In this document: positions 1 through 10,992 of the stretch, one piece after another
How the letters are laid out: the number at the start of each line of letters is the position of its first letter
Position numbering within the stretch: the first letter of the stretch is position 1
Virus record (IMG/VR): IMGVR_UViG_3300027833_000013
Span: 105,460-169,459 of that record
DNA from: a virus
Length of the DNA stretch: 64,000 nucleotides
Direction: 5' to 3' (one strand)
Position numbers and translations under genes: made by a program
Notes under the pieces: model-generated
The model's database searches: none
What the model was told of the DNA's origin: nothing
What the model saw: only the letters and a program-made list of their open reading frames with translations

Positions 1-1
1 T

Positions 2-3000
2 TTAGTTACAACAGATTCAAATGTTTCAAATAAGTGGAGCATATACGATTTAGTTGATAATAAGTGGGTAAGACGTGTAAGTCAGCGTTATGATACAAAC
101 TTATACTGGAAATATGCAGACTGGTATGCACCAGGGTATAATAACTTTACGGCAGTGGTTGATTTAATCTCAGCAAGTTATTTGTTAGATAGTTTAGTTG
201 ATAACGACATTGGTGACACAGTAAAAATTGAGAACGTCGGATCCGGCGGTTGGCTATTACTTGAAAAAATTGATAACCAGATTAATGTTGATTACACTGT
301 GAACTATAAGACAGTTGGCAAACAAAATGCAACTATACAATTTATTGATACGTTATATAATGTTAGTAAAAGTAAAATAGGATTTGATAGTAATAACTAT
401 GATACTGTGTTCTTTGATGCACAGCCTGTTACTGAAACTAGAATAATACTTGAAACAATTAGAGATAATTTGTTTGTTGATAATTTAGAAGCAGAGTATA
501 ATACATTATTCTTGGCTAGTGTCAGATATGCATTCAGTGAACAACCAAATATTGACTGGGCGTTTAAAACTAGCTTTGTAAAAGCACAACATAACTTAGG
601 TGATCTTGCACAAAAAGTTACATTTAAAAATGATAACTTAGAAAGCTATCAAACTTATATAAACGAAGTCAAGCCATATAAAACTAAGGTTAGAGAATAC
701 GTAAGTTCGTTTACTAATACAGACCTTACTAGTACTACAACTGCTGACTTTGATTTATCACCCAAGTATGATGTTGCAGAAGGCAAGATAACAGCGTCTA
801 ATGCAAAAGTATCAAGCACTAATGTTTATGGTGAAAGAGATGTATCTTCATATCCAGACAAACATTGGTTTGATAATGTTGGTTACAAAATTACAAGTGT
901 TGATATTGGTAATAAAGGAACTGCATATACATTGCCCCCAGTAGTTAAGTTTGAAGGCGGCGGCGGCACAGGTGCTACTGCAAAGGCGTTCTTAAATAAT
1001 GGTAAGTTAAGTGAAATAAAAATATTAACACAAGGTAGTGGATATATTAGCGCACCAACAGTAGTACTTGACGGTGGCCTGAGTGATACAGGAACAATTG
1101 GCAGGGCAACTGCAATACTAGGCAATGGCGTAGTTAGAGGTACTAAAGTTTCGTTTAAATTTGATAGAGTAAGCGGAGTACCTTATATTACTACACTAGC
1201 TACAACAGAAACTTTTAATGGAACTGGTAGTAAATTTAACTTTGATCTTAAATGGCCAATGGATAGAAAAATAACAAACACAATCGTTGTTGTTTCTAAT
1301 ATTGAACTATTGAGAAGTGAATACACATTTACTAATATTAAAGATACTACTAAGGGGTATGATAGAAATATAGGAAGAATATCATTTACTACTCCTCCTA
1401 AATTAGGAACAGCAATATCTATTACCTATACTAAAGACACGAATTTACTAGATGCACAGGATAGGATATCTTTATTATACAATCCGACTACTGGTATGGT
1501 AGGACAAGACATTTCACAATTAATGGACGGGATTGATTATGGCGGTGTTGAGATCAAGAGCTTTGGTTTTGAAGGCAGTGCAGGCTTTGATACTGATCCG
1601 TTCTTTACACAAACCTTTGATACTTATGATAATACGTATGAGGATTTAGTCTTTCAACTAGATGGTTCAACTGCTACACTAATATGGACAACTCCATTAG
1701 AAGACGGAGTAATATATAACGTTTATAAAAACAATGTGCGCATTGATGATCAGTATTATAACGATTCAAGCGAAGCAACTAATCCAAATGCTAAAATGCT
1801 TAGTATTGTCGGTGACGGCACTCAAGTAGAATTAAATATACAAGATGCAGGAATAACTGGTGTAGACACTGACACGTTTATTATTAGAAAAACTACTAGT
1901 GACGGTAGCTTTAAACCTGACACAACTTCTTATGATACACTACTCGATGGCGGCACTACATTATACGATACTGCTAGGGGCATTGACGCCGCAGAAATAG
2001 TAGTTGATGGTGACGGATTTGTTACACAAACAACTAATAAAGGTCCTGAAGAATTAGTACCTGGACAAGTATTAGATACATTAGATCTAAAAGTTGTACA
2101 TAGGCCAGTTGAAGGCGGCAGTACAATTTATAGTGATGTATATTGGACAGACGGCACTACTGCTACATTTAACTTAGGCGGCCATCCAAATTCAGCAGAT
2201 GCTGTTTTTGTAAGAATTGACAATGTTAAAGTTGCATCAACACAATACACAGTAGATTATGTAACTAATACAATTACATTTACAACACCTCCAGCTACAA
2301 GAAAATTGTTAAACACCATTGTATTAGGGTCTGCAGGCCAAAAGATATTAGATATTAATACATTTACTGGAGACGGAAGTACAATAGAGTTTATTACTAA
2401 TGTAGAATGGCAAACAGGAATGACAAACTTTGTTAATATTAACGGAGTATCGCAAGAAGTTACTGTTTTCTCAGCAGAAAGTAGTTATGGTGTTGACGAA
2501 GGTTACGCAGGACTAAGATTTACAACTGCACCTGCACTTGATGCAGTAATTGATTATGGATTGTTTTACGCAACAGGTACTAACTTTAGTCAAGTTGCAA
2601 GTCAGACATTTGTAGCAGACGGTAGCACATTGACATATGCTCTTGTAAATCCACCAATAGGTAATAATCCAGTTGCTAATCAAACAATTGTTAAAGTTAA
2701 CGGAACAATATTAGATGCAGGATATAGTGATAGACATGTTATTAGCGCCAACGTACTACAATATCAATTACAGAATTGGCAGCTAGGATTAAACACGATT
2801 AGAGGCCAAGACATTGAAATTTACTTAGACGGCATTAAGTTAGTTAGGAATATCCAATACAAATGGGATTCTGCTAGTAATATAGTTAATATGACAGCTA
2901 ACGTAGCAACTGCTGGACAAATACTTGATGTGTTCTTAATAGCTGATGGTGCATATGCATTTGGATATGTAGGAATTGAAGCCGGAGTAGATAGTTCAAC

Positions 3001-4078
3001 TAAGTTTATTTCAACTCCTGGTACCATATACTTTGACACTGCTCCTGGAATAGATGCTGTTGTTGAAATAACTACATTTAGTAATCACGACATTCAAGAT
3101 ATTGAAAGAATTAAGTATAATGTAATTAGTAGAACTTCAGTATCAGAGGGTACTGTAGACTTCCAAGAATATACATTATTAACAAACGGATTTGTAAAAT
3201 TACGCAAGCCTGTTAACGATTCGAGATATGTTTGGGTAATATTAAATGGAATACAACTAACCCCGGCAACTGATTATTATGTAACTGAAGATCAAATGCA
3301 TATTAAAATTGTTAAAGCCATTAGTGCAAATGACATTGTTGAATTAATTCACTTTACTGCTACTCCGACTAGCCAAAAGTTTGGATTTAGACAATTTAAG
3401 GATGTGCTCAATCGTGTTCACTACAAGCGGATGGATGAAACGAATAAGTATATGTTAAGCCAACCACTTAATTGGTATGACTTAAAAATTGAACTTTTAG
3501 ATGCAACCGGGTTGCCGACCCCTAACAAGACATCGAAAATACCAGGAGTGGTGTTTATTGATGGTGAGAGAATTGAGTACTTTGTGAAACAAAATAATAC
3601 TTTAAGACAAATACGTAGAGGAACGCTTGGAACTGGTGTAAGTACACTATACCCTGCAGGAACTTCTGCAACGGAACAAAGTATTGGCCAAACAATTCCT
3701 TATACAGACGAAACACTTACACAAGTACTTACAGCAGACGGTACGTCTACTGCGTATGTATTAGATTTTATACCTAATAATGTAAATGAATTTGAAGTAT
3801 TTGTTGCAGGCAAGCGTCTAAGAAAGAACGCAATATCAATCTTTAACCCAATTCTTGACTTAGATAGTCCCGAGGGCGACGAAACGGCAAACGCTGAGTT
3901 TAGCGTAGACGGTAATACTAGTACGTTAACACTTAGTGTTGCGCCATTAGAGAATCAAAAAATTATTATTATAAGAAAACTAGGCAAACTTTGGACAGAC
4001 GCCGGAACTAGCCTAACTAGACAAGAAAATGACATTGCGAGGTTCCTTCGAGCGAAAGTTACGGAGCTAGTCAAATAA
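2..4078 (+). CDS. Giant virion structural protein (baseplate wedge/tail-associated), 5'-truncated
   Basis: Frame is open from position 2 (LVTTDSNVSNKW...) through the 1307-aa ORF. Contains GxGY-xxxP-V..GGGG repeats typical of baseplate wedge/VrlC-like proteins and repeated F/L-x-[AG]-DG-S/T beta-modules, and heads the tail gene block. Confidence 0.75.
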   Translation, partial: LVTTDSNVSNKWSIYDLVDNKWVRRVSQRYDTNLYWKYADWYAPGYNNFTAVVDLISASYLLDSLVDNDIGDTVKIENVGSGGWLLLEKIDNQINVDYTVNYKTVGKQNATIQFIDTLYNVSKSKIGFDSNNYDTVFFDAQPVTETRIILETIRDNLFVDNLEAEYNTLFLASVRYAFSEQPNIDWAFKTSFVKAQHNLGDLAQKVTFKNDNLESYQTYINEVKPYKTKVREYVSSFTNTDLTSTTTADFDLSPKYDVAEGKITASNAKVSSTNVYGERDVSSYPDKHWFDNVGYKITSVDIGNKGTAYTLPPVVKFEGGGGTGATAKAFLNNGKLSEIKILTQGSGYISAPTVVLDGGLSDTGTIGRATAILGNGVVRGTKVSFKFDRVSGVPYITTLATTETFNGTGSKFNFDLKWPMDRKITNTIVVVSNIELLRSEYTFTNIKDTTKGYDRNIGRISFTTPPKLGTAISITYTKDTNLLDAQDRISLLYNPTTGMVGQDISQLMDGIDYGGVEIKSFGFEGSAGFDTDPFFTQTFDTYDNTYEDLVFQLDGSTATLIWTTPLEDGVIYNVYKNNVRIDDQYYNDSSEATNPNAKMLSIVGDGTQVELNIQDAGITGVDTDTFIIRKTTSDGSFKPDTTSYDTLLDGGTTLYDTARGIDAAEIVVDGDGFVTQTTNKGPEELVPGQVLDTLDLKVVHRPVEGGSTIYSDVYWTDGTTATFNLGGHPNSADAVFVRIDNVKVASTQYTVDYVTNTITFTTPPATRKLLNTIVLGSAGQKILDINTFTGDGSTIEFITNVEWQTGMTNFVNINGVSQEVTVFSAESSYGVDEGYAGLRFTTAPALDAVIDYGLFYATGTNFSQVASQTFVADGSTLTYALVNPPIGNNPVANQTIVKVNGTILDAGYSDRHVISANVLQYQLQNWQLGLNTIRGQDIEIYLDGIKLVRNIQYKWDSASNIVNMTANVATAGQILDVFLIADGAYAFGYVGIEAGVDSSTKFISTPGTIYFDTAPGIDAVVEITTFSNHDIQDIERIKYNVISRTSVSEGTVDFQEYTLLTNGFVKLRKPVNDSRYVWVILNGIQLTPATDYYVTEDQMHIKIVKAISANDIVELIHFTATPTSQKFGFRQFKDVLNRVHYKRMDETNKYMLSQPLNWYDLKIELLDATGLPTPNKTSKIPGVVFIDGERIEYFVKQNNTLRQIRRGTLGTGVSTLYPAGTSATEQSIGQTIPYTDETLTQVLTADGTSTAYVLDFIPNNVNEFEVFVAGKRLRKNAISIFNPILDLDSPEGDETANAEFSVDGNTSTLTLSVAPLENQKIIIIRKLGKLWTDAGTSLTRQENDIARFLRAKVTELVK

Positions 4079-4081
4079 ATA
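4075..4081 (+). promoter_or_regulatory. Putative T4-like late promoter core (ATAAATA)
   Basis: ATAAATA at the gene junction ~20 nt before the ATG; the same motif precedes other structural genes. Confidence 0.5.
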
Positions 4082-4102
4082 CATATAGCAGTGAGAGACA
4101 AA

Positions 4103-4708
4103 ATGACAGATAAATTAAATGATACATCAGGAATAGCAGTCCAAGGACACATTAAAATAAGTGATCCTAAAACTGGCGAAGTATATGTTGACAAGCGCAA
4201 TGCAATTCATTATGAAAATATGAGTCTTGCACTTGCTGAAAGTTTAGCTAATGCAGGTAAAGGACCCATTTACGAAATGAGTTTTGGTAATGGCGGCACT
4301 AGTGTCGACCCAACTGGCATTATTACATATTTAACGCCTAATAGTACAGGAACAAATGCTAGTTTATACAATCAAACATTTACTAAAGTAGTAGATGATT
4401 TAAGTACAAACAACACAGATCCTGTAAGAAACAAATTAGAAACTAGGCACGTAAGTGGTACTAATTATACAGATATAATTGTAACGTGTTTGCTTGATTA
4501 CGGCGAGCCGTCGGGCCAAGATGCATTTGATACTGCAACAGATGCTTCGAGTACATATGTGTTCGACGAATTAGGATTAAAAAGCTATGATCCGGCGGGC
4601 GCAGGCAAATTAATTACACATGTAATTTTCCATCCTGTACAAAAATCATTAAATAGACTTATACAAATTGATTATACTGTACGAGTCCAAAGTTTGTCAG
4701 GAGCATAA
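4103..4708 (+). CDS. Virion structural protein (baseplate/tail-fibre attachment-like)
   Basis: ORF 4091..4708, probable ATG at 4103. Has GNGGT, FDELGL and THVIFHPVQKS motifs resembling tail-fibre N-terminal/baseplate proteins; structural context. Confidence 0.6.
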   Translation: MTDKLNDTSGIAVQGHIKISDPKTGEVYVDKRNAIHYENMSLALAESLANAGKGPIYEMSFGNGGTSVDPTGIITYLTPNSTGTNASLYNQTFTKVVDDLSTNNTDPVRNKLETRHVSGTNYTDIIVTCLLDYGEPSGQDAFDTATDASSTYVFDELGLKSYDPAGAGKLITHVIFHPVQKSLNRLIQIDYTVRVQSLSGA

Positions 4709-4712
4709 TTAA

Positions 4713-6740
4713 ATGGCATATACTATTAACTTTACAGATTTTACAAATAAAGGTAGCATTACAGTTGAAGACAATACCTTAAATGTACAAACTAGTTTAA
4801 GTTTTCCTGGAAGACAGACTACTGCTTACGGTACTGCACTTAACGAAAACTTTTTACATATATTAGAAAATTTTGCAAACGTAACTGCACCAAGTAACCC
4901 TGTTGAAGGACAAATTTGGTACGATAATACTCCAGGTAGTGAACAGTTAAAAGTATACGACTCAACTCAATGGGTTGCATCCGGTGGCTTAAAGAAAGCA
5001 CTAACATCGCCAGAGGCAGCAAACAGCGTAGTTGGTGATTTATGGGTAGACACTGATAACCAACAGTTATATTTGTTCACTGGCTCTGGATGGGTATTAG
5101 TTGGTCCAGACTTTAGCGGAGGCCTTACTACAGGAGCACAATCAGTTGAAATAGTAGGACAAGATAACATTGTGTACAATGCAGTACAAGTTGAAGTTGC
5201 GGCTAAACCAGTAGCAATAATTTCAACAGATAGTTTTACTCCTAAGGCAGTAATTAGTGGGTTTTCACAAATACAGCCGGGGATTAACTTATCTAACACA
5301 AATATTTCAGGTGACGGTATACCAAAGTTTGTAGGGCCTGCAGACCAAGCAGAAAACTTATTAGTTGGTACTACTAAAGTACCGGCAGCAAACTTTTTAA
5401 GAAGCGATGCAGTAAGTACAACAAACTTTCAAATTAAAATTAAAAATGATTCCGGACTATTATTAGGTAGCGGCAATCAGCTTGCACTTGAAGTAGAAGG
5501 CGAAGCTGGGGTAATTACACATAACACAAGTGGCAGTAATATTGATATTAGAGTTAACAATTCTGGCACAACACAAACAGCAATTAGAATTGATTCAAAT
5601 ACAAACGTTGGAATTAACAACACTGCACCTGCAGAAAGTTTAGATGTAACCGGAAATATTAAGTTAAGTGGAAACGTATTTGTAGATGGCACTACAGCAA
5701 GTTCGAACTTTGGAAATGGCGCATTAGTTGTTAAAGGCGGTGTTGGCATTGCAGGCAATTTAAACGTTGGCGGCACATTTGATATTGACGGAATACTTAC
5801 TACACAGAATGTAGCACCAGATTCGCCAAACGTAAGGAATATTGGTAACACAGCAAACAAATATTTAGGTATATATGCAACTACATTTAACGGAAACTTG
5901 CTTGGTAATGTAACAGGTACAGTTAGTGGCAGAGCAGGTAGTGCTGATAAATTAGCAAGTAGTACAAACTTTCAAATGACAGGCGAAGTTATTGCTAATC
6001 AATTAGTATTTGACGGCCAAACAGGCGGCAGTACAAAGGTATTTACGACTTCGGTATCAAACGCATTCATTAGTAATAAGACAAGTACAAATAACACTGT
6101 ATCTGATGACGAATTCCTATTAAACCGAACAACAGGCACAACTGGTCTTTATAGAGTTAGTAGAAATACACTATTAGCAAGTGTACCAACTAACCCAGTA
6201 GGTGTGTTAATGCCATACGCTGGTAGAACAGCACCTGCACATTGGCTACTTTGTGATGGTTCAGAAGTACTACAATCAGATTATCCATTTTTGTTTACAT
6301 TAATTGGGTTTGATTATAAGCAATCTAACTTGTTAAGCGATAACGGCGTATTAAAATTTGCATTACCTGATTTAAGAGGCCGTAGTGCAGTTGGTTTAGA
6401 TAATATGGGCGGCGATGCCGCAGGCAGAGTTACTGGATTACGTGGTTCAGAAATTGGTAACAGTGCTGGTACAGAAGATGTAACAATTGGACTTAATAAT
6501 CTACCAGAACACGAACACGATTTAGTTGTTGAGGGAACACAATTTTACGCAATACTTGATGCGGCAAAAGGTGCAGAAAGTCCTGCTTCATCTATTACAT
6601 ACGACTCCCCAACAGGAAGCGGCCAAGGGCAAGCTGTTTCAACTAGTGGCGGAGTAGCAGGCACAACGGGCACAGCAATAGATACAATGAATCCGTTTAT
6701 GTCGATGAATTATATTATCTACACTGGAAACATAACATGA
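4713..6740 (+). CDS. Tail fibre protein with C-terminal phage tail-collar domain
   Basis: PVGVLMPYAGRTAPAHWLLCDGSEV...FALPDLRGR...NNLPEHEH...MNPFMSMNYII is a tail-collar/MdpB-type signature; N-terminal domain shared with the next two ORFs. Confidence 0.85.
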   Translation: MAYTINFTDFTNKGSITVEDNTLNVQTSLSFPGRQTTAYGTALNENFLHILENFANVTAPSNPVEGQIWYDNTPGSEQLKVYDSTQWVASGGLKKALTSPEAANSVVGDLWVDTDNQQLYLFTGSGWVLVGPDFSGGLTTGAQSVEIVGQDNIVYNAVQVEVAAKPVAIISTDSFTPKAVISGFSQIQPGINLSNTNISGDGIPKFVGPADQAENLLVGTTKVPAANFLRSDAVSTTNFQIKIKNDSGLLLGSGNQLALEVEGEAGVITHNTSGSNIDIRVNNSGTTQTAIRIDSNTNVGINNTAPAESLDVTGNIKLSGNVFVDGTTASSNFGNGALVVKGGVGIAGNLNVGGTFDIDGILTTQNVAPDSPNVRNIGNTANKYLGIYATTFNGNLLGNVTGTVSGRAGSADKLASSTNFQMTGEVIANQLVFDGQTGGSTKVFTTSVSNAFISNKTSTNNTVSDDEFLLNRTTGTTGLYRVSRNTLLASVPTNPVGVLMPYAGRTAPAHWLLCDGSEVLQSDYPFLFTLIGFDYKQSNLLSDNGVLKFALPDLRGRSAVGLDNMGGDAAGRVTGLRGSEIGNSAGTEDVTIGLNNLPEHEHDLVVEGTQFYAILDAAKGAESPASSITYDSPTGSGQGQAVSTSGGVAGTTGTAIDTMNPFMSMNYIIYTGNIT

Positions 6741-8551
6741 GCTATAAATTAAATAAAACAGACGGAACTTTACTTGTAGATTTAATAGACGGATCGATAG
6801 ATACAGCTAGTACATCACTTTCGCTAGTAGGCAGGAACTATTCAGGATTTGGTGAAATAATAAATGAAAACTATATTAAGTTATTAGAGAGTTTTTCAAA
6901 TTCATCAAGTCCACTTAACCCTATTGCAGGACAAGTTTGGTGGGACACATCAGATGCTAGATTAAAAGTATATACAGGAACAGCATTTAATCCAGTTGGT
7001 GCTCCGTTTGTGCAATCTTCACAGCCTAGCATGGTTGCTGGCGATTTATGGATTAACAATAACGAAGATCAGCTGTATTTCTTTGATGGTGCAGGTGTTC
7101 CTACACTAGCAGGACCAGCATATTCGTCACAACAAGGTAAGTCGGGCTTTATAATAGTATCAAGACTTGATACACAGAGCAGGAATAGAACATGTGCTGA
7201 CTTATATGTTGGTGGAACGTTAATGGCTGTAATGAGTGCTATTGAATTTACTCCTGCAACAGCGATTTCTGGTATAACTGGCAATGTTAAAAAAGGTATT
7301 AATGTTATTGATACTAATTCTTCAACAGGATTTACGTATCAAGGAGTTGCAGACAAAGCACTAAACTTAATCAAGGCAGATGGTACTTCTGTTAGTGCAG
7401 ACAGTTTCCTTTCATCAATAGCAGACGGTTCAACAACCGGATCATTGCAAGTATTAAACTCCAATGGTATTACAGTAGGACCAAATGCTAATCAGATTAT
7501 GAAAATAGTCGGTAATAGCTTTGTTACAGAAAATGCTAGAATTGATGATGACTATATTATTAAAGTTACTAGTTCTGCGGCAGGATCACAATCTATTGAT
7601 GCAGTTCATATTGATACATCTAATAAGCGTGTCGGTATATTTCAATCTACTCCGTTACATACATTAGACGTAACAGGCGATATGCGTGTTACCGGTAACT
7701 TAATTGTTGAAGGAGCAAGCGCAAGCATTGACGTTTCGACATTAAGAGTTGAAGACAAACAAATAGAACTTGCTATTACAAGTGATAGTACATTACTAAA
7801 TGATGCAGGCGTTGATGATGCAGGCATACTAGTTAGAGTAACTGGTGATGATAAGAGTTTTACTTGGAAGAATGCAACTAAAGCATGGACTTCGTCAGAG
7901 CACATGGACATTGTAACAGGCAAGTCATATAAAATTGGCGGAACTAATGTATTATCAGCAACAACACTAGCTAGTAGTGTAACAAGTGCAACAGGATTAA
8001 CTACTGTTGGTACATTAGGTAACTTACAAATTGACAATACTAATATTAATGATGCTACTATTACAACAACTGCATTAGGATTAACAATTACTAGTGCCGA
8101 TACTATTACTATTAGCAACAGTAGAAGAATTACTGGCGTAGGTGCGCCATCGGTTGGAGCAGACGTTACGAACAAAACGTATGTAGATCAGCAAATTGCA
8201 GGCTCTTCTATTGCGTTTGGTTTAGACATTACTGGATTGAACGATACACAGATAGCACTAATCATTAATGACTTAGTTCCGGCAAGTGGCGTATCAAATG
8301 GCACAGTAGCTAGAATACACGGCACATCACTCGGCGGAGCAAATGTTACAGGTATTGATGTTACGGCAGTAACGACTAAATCATTCATAACAGTTGATAA
8401 AAACGGAACTGAAAATCAATCCGTTTTACAAGACATTGGATTCACTAATGCAACAGGTACAGTAAGCGTAACAGTTACACGAAGTTTGAAGCAATTTATT
8501 ACCTCCGGTGGTAATTGGACATTTGATCAAAACTTAACAAGTAGCGTGTAA
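6737..8551 (+). CDS. Tail fibre/baseplate-associated protein (paralogue of 4713 and 8585)
   Basis: Shared N-terminal motif LVGRNYSGFGE..NENY..LLE.F..P..GQVWWD; Ser/Thr/Gly-rich beta-repeat body; ATGA overlap with the upstream gene. Confidence 0.75.
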   Translation: MSYKLNKTDGTLLVDLIDGSIDTASTSLSLVGRNYSGFGEIINENYIKLLESFSNSSSPLNPIAGQVWWDTSDARLKVYTGTAFNPVGAPFVQSSQPSMVAGDLWINNNEDQLYFFDGAGVPTLAGPAYSSQQGKSGFIIVSRLDTQSRNRTCADLYVGGTLMAVMSAIEFTPATAISGITGNVKKGINVIDTNSSTGFTYQGVADKALNLIKADGTSVSADSFLSSIADGSTTGSLQVLNSNGITVGPNANQIMKIVGNSFVTENARIDDDYIIKVTSSAAGSQSIDAVHIDTSNKRVGIFQSTPLHTLDVTGDMRVTGNLIVEGASASIDVSTLRVEDKQIELAITSDSTLLNDAGVDDAGILVRVTGDDKSFTWKNATKAWTSSEHMDIVTGKSYKIGGTNVLSATTLASSVTSATGLTTVGTLGNLQIDNTNINDATITTTALGLTITSADTITISNSRRITGVGAPSVGADVTNKTYVDQQIAGSSIAFGLDITGLNDTQIALIINDLVPASGVSNGTVARIHGTSLGGANVTGIDVTAVTTKSFITVDKNGTENQSVLQDIGFTNATGTVSVTVTRSLKQFITSGGNWTFDQNLTSSV

Positions 8552-8553
8552 CG

Positions 8554-8560
8554 ATAAATA
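8554..8560 (+). promoter_or_regulatory. Putative late promoter core (ATAAATA)
   Basis: GATAAATA in a 33-nt intergenic gap, 24 nt upstream of ATG 8585. Confidence 0.5.
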
Positions 8561-8584
8561 TAATAGACAAAGGGTTAAAAACAC

Positions 8585-10054
8585 ATGGCATACACAATTA
8601 ATAGATACGCAGGTACTACTTTAGCTACTGTACAAGACGGAACAGTAGATGCAACTTCCGATTTACGGTTTGTAGGTAAGAACTATGCAGGTTACGGTGA
8701 AATACAGAATGAAAACTTCTTATTCTTACTTGAAAATTTTAGTGGAGCATCACAACCACCAAAGGCTATATCAGGACAAGTTTGGTATGACAGTGCAGTA
8801 CAAAAATTAAAGTTTTATAATGGTACTAAATTTAAAAATACCGGCGGAGCAGAAGTATCGGCGACACAGCCAGTTGGATTAACATCAGGCGACTTTTGGT
8901 GGGATAGTGGTAACAATCAGTTATATGCATATGACGGAACATCATTTATATTAGTAGGACCACAAAGTACAGGTAGTGGCGTTACACAGATGCAAAGTAA
9001 AACTGTTAAAGATACTACGTCAACAAATAGAAGTGTTATTGCCGCGACAATTAACGATGAAGTAGTTTATTTAATCAGTAGTATTGAATTTACTATTGAT
9101 AGTACAGATGCATCAAATGCAATTACAGGATTTGATGTAGTTAAGAAAGGCCTTACTTTAATTAACACTACAGTGGCCACAAACGGAGTTACAAGTTCTG
9201 ATCATGTGTATCATGGCACGTCATCAAACGCATTAAGATTAGGTGGAAATTTAGCAAGTGATTACTTACTAAGTTCTTCAGGTTCATTTACAGATGTTGT
9301 ACGTTTTGCAGATACTGGATATTCAGTAGGCGATAGTAATGATTTGCTTATTAAAATTGAAAATGGTAATGACGGTGTAATTGGCAACCAAGTGGGCACT
9401 AACAGTATTATTAAAATAAAAGCTAATAATGCATCAGGTTCATTAACTCATTCTGCAACATTTACAGCATTAGGAATGACCCCTGCAAGTACTAACGCAT
9501 TTGACATCGGAGCGTCGGGCAATGTATGGGCTAACGTTTATGCAACAAACTTACAAGGTAATGCAACAACTGCAAGTGCTTTAAAATTAAGCGGAACTGT
9601 ATATACTCCAAATGCTTCGGCAATTGCAAATACAGCGGCAATTAGAGATGCATCAGGTAACTTAACAGCAAACTTATTCCAAGGCATTGCAACACAAGCA
9701 CGTTATGCTGACTTAGCAGAGAAATACACAACAACAGAAGAATTGCCAGCAGGTACAGCAGTAGCAGTAGGCGGCGAAGCAGAAGTTCAACCAGCAGTAG
9801 CAAGTAATCATTGCATTGGAGTTGTTTCAACTGATCCGGCATACATGATGAACAGTGAAGCAGAAGGTCAATATATTGGACTTAAAGGACGTTTACCAGT
9901 AAGAGTAAAAGGCCTTGTTAAAAAAGGCCAAGCTGTATATGCATTAGACAATGGTGTATGTACTACACTTTCAACAACGGCACTGGTAGGAATTGCACTT
10001 GAGTCAAGTGATGACATAAACGAAAAATTAATCGAGTGTGTTTTAAAAGTATAA
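8585..10054 (+). CDS. Tail fibre protein with C-terminal autoproteolytic chaperone-like (peptidase G2/IMC-type) domain
   Basis: Shared N-terminal domain; C-terminal YADLAEKY...IGVVSTDPAYMMN...GRLPVRVKG...GIALES matches the phage intramolecular chaperone pattern. Confidence 0.75.
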   Translation: MAYTINRYAGTTLATVQDGTVDATSDLRFVGKNYAGYGEIQNENFLFLLENFSGASQPPKAISGQVWYDSAVQKLKFYNGTKFKNTGGAEVSATQPVGLTSGDFWWDSGNNQLYAYDGTSFILVGPQSTGSGVTQMQSKTVKDTTSTNRSVIAATINDEVVYLISSIEFTIDSTDASNAITGFDVVKKGLTLINTTVATNGVTSSDHVYHGTSSNALRLGGNLASDYLLSSSGSFTDVVRFADTGYSVGDSNDLLIKIENGNDGVIGNQVGTNSIIKIKANNASGSLTHSATFTALGMTPASTNAFDIGASGNVWANVYATNLQGNATTASALKLSGTVYTPNASAIANTAAIRDASGNLTANLFQGIATQARYADLAEKYTTTEELPAGTAVAVGGEAEVQPAVASNHCIGVVSTDPAYMMNSEAEGQYIGLKGRLPVRVKGLVKKGQAVYALDNGVCTTLSTTALVGIALESSDDINEKLIECVLKV

Positions 10055-10057
10055 ATA
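10050..10057 (+). promoter_or_regulatory. T4-type late promoter consensus TATAAATA
   Basis: Exact TATAAATA overlapping the upstream stop codon, 35 nt before ATG 10093; AAGGAAG RBS downstream. Confidence 0.6.
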
Positions 10058-10092
10058 GTTATATACGTATATATAAAAGTAAGGAAGAATAA

Positions 10093-10989
10093 ATGGCGGT
10101 AGGCGACTTAATTACAGCGGCACGATATAATAACGCACAAGCGCGGGTGGCTGCGATTATGGGAGTTGGTGCCACTACTGAAGGATACGGACAAACGTTA
10201 GAAAGTTCTCAAGTTAGTACTGCATTAACAGTAACAGCAGAACATATTAATGATTTGTATACTGATATTATTAGCGGCAGAATACACCAAACTGGTGCTA
10301 CTCCTAACAGTATAACACAAATTGTTGTAGGCAATACTATTGCTGATGCAACTAGTGATGATCCAGACGGAACTGCCAAAGGCTTCCAAGATTACGAAGA
10401 CTTAATAGCAATACTTGAAGCATCGCCAGGTAGATTTGCACTAAGTGCATCACAATCGACTAGCGGAACTGGTGTTACTAGTTCTAGAACAGCACAGTGG
10501 AACACAGATGTGTCGACTGTTGTGCGTGTTGATTTTTCATCATCGGATGCACGTAGAAATTATTTTAATGCCGGTAGCACAATTAAGTTTGAAGCATCAT
10601 TAACAAGTCAAAGCGGATCAAAATCTAACGATTGGGCAAGTATGTTAACTAATATGGGCACAATTGCAATGGGGTATACTGCTACTACTACAACTGGTAC
10701 AGGAACAACTAGTTCAATTGGCAATTTTGATCTAACTGGAACTAATCAAGTAATATTCCGTAAGCCAGGAACAGGTGTTTACTCTGCAAACGATTATTAT
10801 GTTTATGCAAAAGCAAACTCAGCTACACAATTAGAATTTACAATACTATTCCAAGAAGAAGCGGCAGGTAATCCAAATATCGACGAACAAGTAAACGGTA
10901 CACTAACTAGTACAGTTAAGTTTACTCGAGCAAGTGGATCATATGTTACTACACCAGCACCGAGCTTTGTTACTGTAACTTCACTTTAA
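10093..10989 (+). CDS. Virion structural protein (tail-associated), Thr/Ser-rich
   Basis: 298 aa, T/S/G-rich with an RRNYFNAG motif; ends the structural block. Confidence 0.6.
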   Translation: MAVGDLITAARYNNAQARVAAIMGVGATTEGYGQTLESSQVSTALTVTAEHINDLYTDIISGRIHQTGATPNSITQIVVGNTIADATSDDPDGTAKGFQDYEDLIAILEASPGRFALSASQSTSGTGVTSSRTAQWNTDVSTVVRVDFSSSDARRNYFNAGSTIKFEASLTSQSGSKSNDWASMLTNMGTIAMGYTATTTTGTGTTSSIGNFDLTGTNQVIFRKPGTGVYSANDYYVYAKANSATQLEFTILFQEEAAGNPNIDEQVNGTLTSTVKFTRASGSYVTTPAPSFVTVTSL

Positions 10990-10992
10990 CCA

